Shown here piece by piece: positions 59,776 through 64,000 of a stretch of 64,000 nt of DNA; position 1 is the first letter of the stretch; the number at the start of each line of letters is the position of its first letter. Source of the DNA: Candidatus Staskawiczbacteria bacterium (GTDB taxonomy: Bacteria > Patescibacteriota > Minisyncoccia > Minisyncoccales > Staskawiczbacteraceae); assembly GCA_903835075.1 (NCBI GenBank), contig CAILLM010000004.1, positions 80,532 to 144,531 on the forward strand, given 5' to 3'. The notes beneath the pieces are model-generated. The model had not been told where the DNA came from. It did not search any database and saw only the letters and a list, made by a program, of their open reading frames with translations. A program made the translations under genes and the position numbers.

Positions 59776-61494
59776 ATGTTTAATTCTTTATCAGATGAGC
59801 AAAAAAAGATTGTTTTTGCTGACTTAGAAAAAATAGTTGTTAGGGCTTGTCCGGGAAGCGGCAAGACTTTTACAGTAACAGCTAGACTGGCAAATAAAAT
59901 TTCAAAGTGGGAAGATAGATATATCGGCATAGCTGCTTTGTCTTTTACAAATACTGCTTGGCAAGAAATAGAAAAAAATTTACCAAAATTTGAATGTGGA
60001 CCAATAAAGAGGCCGCATTTTTTAGGTACGATTGATAGTTTTATAAATAATTATATATTTCTTCCGTTTGGTCATTTGGTTATGGGCTGTGAAAAAAGAC
60101 CGAAGCTAGTTGGTGAACCGCACAGTAAATGGTCTGGGCGTTTTTATAGCGAGCAATGGTTCGATAAATCTTCGTTCAATATAAACGATGAGTTTATCTT
60201 TACTCAGAAATATCCTATACCTCCAACCGCTAAAGCGGCCGTGGTTAAGGCTATCAAGAATAAAAAGATGGAATTGATAAGTCTTGGCTATGCGAACCAA
60301 CATGATGCAAATTACTTTGCTTTAAAAATTTTAAAAAAATATCCTGAAATTGCAGAATCATTAGTCGCAAGGTTTCCAATATTGTTAATTGACGAAGCAC
60401 AAGATACAACAGAAATACAAATGGCGATTATAGATGAATTAGTAGGAGCTGGATTAAAAGAAATTCTTATTGTTGGAGATCCAGATCAGGCTATATTTGA
60501 ATGGAATGATGCTAATCCAGATCTCTTTGTAAAAAAATGTAGTGAGTGGGAACTAAAACAGTTAGAAGAATGCAGGAGGAGCTCTCAAGATATTTGCAAT
60601 TTCGTTCATAAATTATCGACATTAAGTGCACCAGCGCGCTCTGTATCTACTGAAGTTGCAACCCTAGGCATAAAGCCAGATATTATAGAATATGACAACC
60701 TGTTATCTATAAAAAATACATTTATAAAAAGATGTGAATCTGAAGATATTCCTATAAAAAAAGAGGATGTCTCTATCTTATGTAGAACAAAAGGCGCTGT
60801 TAATGAAGTTGTAAATGTGTTTGAAGGAGCACCCATCGTAACAGGCCCTACATTTTTTAATGACTCTGATATTTGGGAAGAGAGATTTATATGGTGCAGA
60901 GACATCTGTGAAGGTCTCTATCTAATAAGTAAGGGAGAATTTAAAAATGGCTATAGGATATTAGAAAGGGGGTGCTTTAAGATTTTAAATGAAAATCATT
61001 ATTCAAAGGAAAACTTGAGGTTGCATATTAAAAATATTGGACTAGTAAACTGGCGAAAATTTATTAATGATATAATAGTCTCTGCGCCCGATATATCCGG
61101 CGATTTATCTGCTTATCTATCTTCTTTCTCCCCGATGGCAGAAAGCTTTTTCAATGAAATGAATATATTAACTGCCGTTAAGAATAATAAAAAAAGTCTA
61201 TTAATTAAAGATATTTTTGGAATTTCTGACGCTGATTCTAAATTTTCACATTTACCTATTCGACTCGGAACAATTCATTCGGTGAAGGGGGAAACGTTTG
61301 ATGCGACTCTTCTAATTTTGAAAAATAGAATAATGAATACAAAATATCAGACAATATTAAGCAGGTGTAAAAAAGACAAGTTATTAGAGGAGGAGTTGAG
61401 GACATTATACGTAGCGATGACAAGGCCTAGAAAAATATTAATAATAGGTGTGCCTCAGGGAGATGGTAATATGTGGAACGCTTTTTTAAATTAA
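59776..61494 (+). CDS. gajB: UvrD-like helicase, Gabija GajB
   Basis: ACPGSGKT, LSFTN, IDEAQDT, VGDPDQAIF, TIHSVKGETFD, YVAMTRPR. Confidence 0.85.
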   Translation: MFNSLSDEQKKIVFADLEKIVVRACPGSGKTFTVTARLANKISKWEDRYIGIAALSFTNTAWQEIEKNLPKFECGPIKRPHFLGTIDSFINNYIFLPFGHLVMGCEKRPKLVGEPHSKWSGRFYSEQWFDKSSFNINDEFIFTQKYPIPPTAKAAVVKAIKNKKMELISLGYANQHDANYFALKILKKYPEIAESLVARFPILLIDEAQDTTEIQMAIIDELVGAGLKEILIVGDPDQAIFEWNDANPDLFVKKCSEWELKQLEECRRSSQDICNFVHKLSTLSAPARSVSTEVATLGIKPDIIEYDNLLSIKNTFIKRCESEDIPIKKEDVSILCRTKGAVNEVVNVFEGAPIVTGPTFFNDSDIWEERFIWCRDICEGLYLISKGEFKNGYRILERGCFKILNENHYSKENLRLHIKNIGLVNWRKFINDIIVSAPDISGDLSAYLSSFSPMAESFFNEMNILTAVKNNKKSLLIKDIFGISDADSKFSHLPIRLGTIHSVKGETFDATLLILKNRIMNTKYQTILSRCKKDKLLEEELRTLYVAMTRPRKILIIGVPQGDGNMWNAFLN

Positions 61495-61555
61495 CGATCG
61501 TACAGATTTAGGATTTTTTCATATTTGTGATATAATAATTTAACAATTTAATAAT

Positions 61556-61693
61556 TCGCCTAAACTCATATATTTCTATGGGCATGGCACTAAAGTCTAA
61601 ACAAGCATAAAGATCCCATCATGGGGTTGCTTGTTTAGCCATATCGGGAAACTGGTATGAGAGGTTTCGGCCTCTACCCGTGGTGGGTTTTTT
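61556..61693 (+). ncRNA. Candidate structured leader RNA
   Basis: Five consecutive hairpins including GAAA and UUCG tetraloops, downstream of TG-n-TATAAT (61528-61536), ending in a U-tract. Confidence 0.55.
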
Positions 61694-61733
61694 GTTAAAG
61701 CGAAATCCTTCCCTGGGTGAAAAAATAATAAAT

Positions 61734-62447
61734 ATGGAAAATAACGGCGAAACAAAAAAGTGTTTGCATTGCCAAACGGATATTCCGTTAAAAGCCAAGA
61801 AATGTCCACATTGTCAAAGCGATTTAAGAAGTTTCTGGGCTCGACATATAATATTTACGGGCTTTTTACTTATGATATTGCTTGTAATATTTATGGGTAT
61901 GATCAGTGATCTTATCTCTGGGTTTAGCACCAGTACAACAAATAATCAGCCACAAACAAAGGTAAAAACGCAGTTAAGTCCGGAACTTACCCAAAAAAGC
62001 AAGGAGGCCTTGGCAAGCATGAAAAAGGATCGTGATGATATAGGACAAGTTACTTTTTATCTAGACCCTTCGTCACCATTATCACACAACACAAATAATG
62101 TTGAGGTCTATATCTCTAAACCAGATGATGAAAGTGCTATTCTCCGTTTCGCTGTTTCGTATGCTGGTGAAGAGTGGTTGTTTATAAACAAATATATATT
62201 TAACATTGATGGAAAAAATGTTGAGGTGAATCCTTACAAAGTAGAAAGAGACAATTCAAACACTATCTGGGAATGGTCTGATGACCCTATAACAACAGAC
62301 TGGTCTGCATTAGCGTTTGCCATCGCACACTCTAAGGTAGCCAAAATAAGATATGTTGGAACAAAATATTATGATGACAGAGTAATAACTGAAACTGAAA
62401 AAAAAGCTATTAATAATGTCTTGAATGCCTATTTAGTAGTTAAATAA
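61734..62447 (+). CDS. Zinc-ribbon + TM membrane protein
   Basis: KKCLHCQTDIPLKAKKCPHCQ, TM helix, extracellular domain; ATG 61734 preferred over 61680. Confidence 0.8.
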   Translation: MENNGETKKCLHCQTDIPLKAKKCPHCQSDLRSFWARHIIFTGFLLMILLVIFMGMISDLISGFSTSTTNNQPQTKVKTQLSPELTQKSKEALASMKKDRDDIGQVTFYLDPSSPLSHNTNNVEVYISKPDDESAILRFAVSYAGEEWLFINKYIFNIDGKNVEVNPYKVERDNSNTIWEWSDDPITTDWSALAFAIAHSKVAKIRYVGTKYYDDRVITETEKKAINNVLNAYLVVK

Positions 62448-62514
62448 TAATCACACAGGATGTTCTCCCTACATAGATTGATTTTCCTAAGAAAAAGAGT
62501 ATAAATGGTATAGC

Positions 62515-63228
62515 ATGAAGAAACCAATTTTATTACTTACAATCCTATTGTCGGCTAGCATTGCTGGGCCCGTTTTTGCTACTTATGGCATTCAAACTAA
62601 AACAAAAAATTGTACCGCAAATCAAATTCTCCAAGACTCCGCCTGCACGCCGGGTGCAGTTTTAACAACCAATACGGCTGTTATTTGTAAAACCGGCTAT
62701 ACAAAAACTGTAAGGAGCGTTTCTGATTCAACAAAGAAGAAAGTGTTTGCAGAATATGGAATACCATATAGCCAACATAGCAACTATGAAGTAGATCATT
62801 TGATTAGTCTTGAACTCGGAGGTGGTAACGATATTTCAAACCTCTGGCCAGAGAATTCCAAAATCAAAAACGGTTCACTTTCAAAAGATAATTTTGAGAA
62901 TTATTTACATAACCAAGTTTGTAAAGGAAAAATGACGTTGGTAGAAGCTCAAAAAGAAATCTCATCGAATTGGGTCACATACTACCAAGCAGTTTCAGCG
63001 GGCAAGCCAATAACTCCTACAACGGTAACACCAACTCAAACTCCGAATCCAGTTCCAACTCCAGTTGTAACGCCGACACCTGTCCAGACCATTATTCCCG
63101 TTGTAACGCCGAGCACAACAGGCCATCCAGCAGGAGTAACCGGAAAATGCAATGACGGAACTTATACTTCTGCGATTAATCATAGCGGAGCTTGCTCTCA
63201 TCACGGTGGAGTCTCCGTATGGTATTAA
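62515..63228 (+). CDS. Secreted HNH-like nuclease with PT linker and C-terminal DUF3761-like domain
   Basis: Signal peptide, YEVDHLISLELGG.NDISNLWPE, PT repeats, CNDGTY...GACSHHGGV. Confidence 0.8.
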   Translation: MKKPILLLTILLSASIAGPVFATYGIQTKTKNCTANQILQDSACTPGAVLTTNTAVICKTGYTKTVRSVSDSTKKKVFAEYGIPYSQHSNYEVDHLISLELGGGNDISNLWPENSKIKNGSLSKDNFENYLHNQVCKGKMTLVEAQKEISSNWVTYYQAVSAGKPITPTTVTPTQTPNPVPTPVVTPTPVQTIIPVVTPSTTGHPAGVTGKCNDGTYTSAINHSGACSHHGGVSVWY

Positions 63229-63241
63229 TTGCAGTTGATAT

Positions 63242-64000
63242 TTAGAATTTCTTTTTTAACAATCCGTAAGTAATTGGCCTGCTATTATCATCGTCTCCTG
63301 ATTCTGGATCATCCGGTCCATGAATATCGGGGAATGGGCAATATGTCGAACCCTCGGCCATAACCTCTGATACTAGCATGGATAAAGCATCTGCAAGATC
63401 CATGTAATTTTCGCTGCCGAAATTAACTATTTGCATTACCACTTCTTCATTGCCTCGTGGTGCAAATTGCACAGTACCATTTTTGATGTGATGGCTGATT
63501 AAGGCTAAACGTGCACGTTTATCTCCTTGTGGCCTTACGCCTAACGCTGGATATCTTTTTTCTTGCAGAACTTGTACTAATCCTTTTTGGAAACCAACAT
63601 CTTCAACGTAAATTGTTTTTACGTTATAGTTACTATAAAGATATTTTGCCCGTTCAATGATTGTTGGCAAGCCAATGCGTTCGTTGATTGGATAAGGTTG
63701 AATATATATCTTTGTATCTTTGCCCCAACCGAATACTTTAGCAACAATCATAGCCGTGCAAGCAGACTTTTTTTCTTCAGAAATTGCAGGGTCAACTCCA
63801 ATAAATGCTCCTCTGTATCGATTAGCAGTTGTTGGCATCGGGCATTCTCCGTATTGTATCCATTCAGGATGAATAACGCGTTCGTGGTCTGAAACAATGC
63901 GAAGCAAGAATTCTTGGGTGAATGCTTTTTCGTTTCCCACTCTCATCCGTTCGGCTTCTACCGCTGCGAGGTTAGGATATTTTGCTTTCCAGAGAATTTT
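63242..64000 (-). CDS. terL: Phage terminase large subunit, C-terminal nuclease domain (5' truncated by window)
   Basis: Frame open to 64000; AFTQEF, IGVDPAIS, IYVEDVGFQ, DKRARL, DLADALS. Confidence 0.8.
   Translation of the reverse strand, partial: KILWKAKYPNLAAVEAERMRVGNEKAFTQEFLLRIVSDHERVIHPEWIQYGECPMPTTANRYRGAFIGVDPAISEEKKSACTAMIVAKVFGWGKDTKIYIQPYPINERIGLPTIIERAKYLYSNYNVKTIYVEDVGFQKGLVQVLQEKRYPALGVRPQGDKRARLALISHHIKNGTVQFAPRGNEEVVMQIVNFGSENYMDLADALSMLVSEVMAEGSTYCPFPDIHGPDDPESGDDDNSRPITYGLLKKKF

Larger units (their letters stand above)
51988..64000. mobile_element. tRNA-Gln-adjacent defence island/prophage-like element (continues beyond window)
   Basis: Large serine recombinase, clustered defence genes and terminase directly after a tRNA; second att site not visible. 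Confidence 0.7.

Noticed and set aside
63010..63120. Repetitive DNA in the HNH gene
   Set aside because: Explained by the Pro/Thr linker coding sequence

Overview
AT-rich bacterial chromosome segment. Tight gene packing, no obvious Shine-Dalgarno motifs and the gene content suggest Patescibacteria/CPR (Parcubacteria-like); this is an inference. 1-51.9 kb is mostly host backbone: UvrD-nuclease, GdhA, an ApbE/FMN-bind/RnfD-FNR flavinylation module, an ECF sigma factor with a MacAB-like ABC exporter, a GC-rich purH, a MarR-efflux operon, a CIRCE-controlled hrcA-grpE-(6 extra ORFs)-dnaK-dnaJ operon, tRNA-Lys, a Cys-rich surface-protein cluster, recR, dnaB, cysS and dnaX. Downstream of tRNA-Gln (51917-51987) is a defence island or prophage-like element that runs off the window. 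It carries SIR2-like plus PD-(D/E)XK genes, a large serine recombinase, a DpnII-like R-M system, Gabija, a secreted HNH protein and a terminase large subunit. The most striking observations are: (1) two adjacent surface-protein genes carry reciprocally split FN3 and Cys-repeat domains, as if a 2.4 kb circularly permuted gene had integrated into another gene; (2) at least 7 GC-rich palindromic elements from several families sit in frame inside housekeeping genes; (3) an abutting SIR2 + nuclease gene pair is a candidate new defence system; (4) there are several highly structured non-coding elements (61556-61693, 29179-29313). All calls are from motif recognition by eye; no searches were run.
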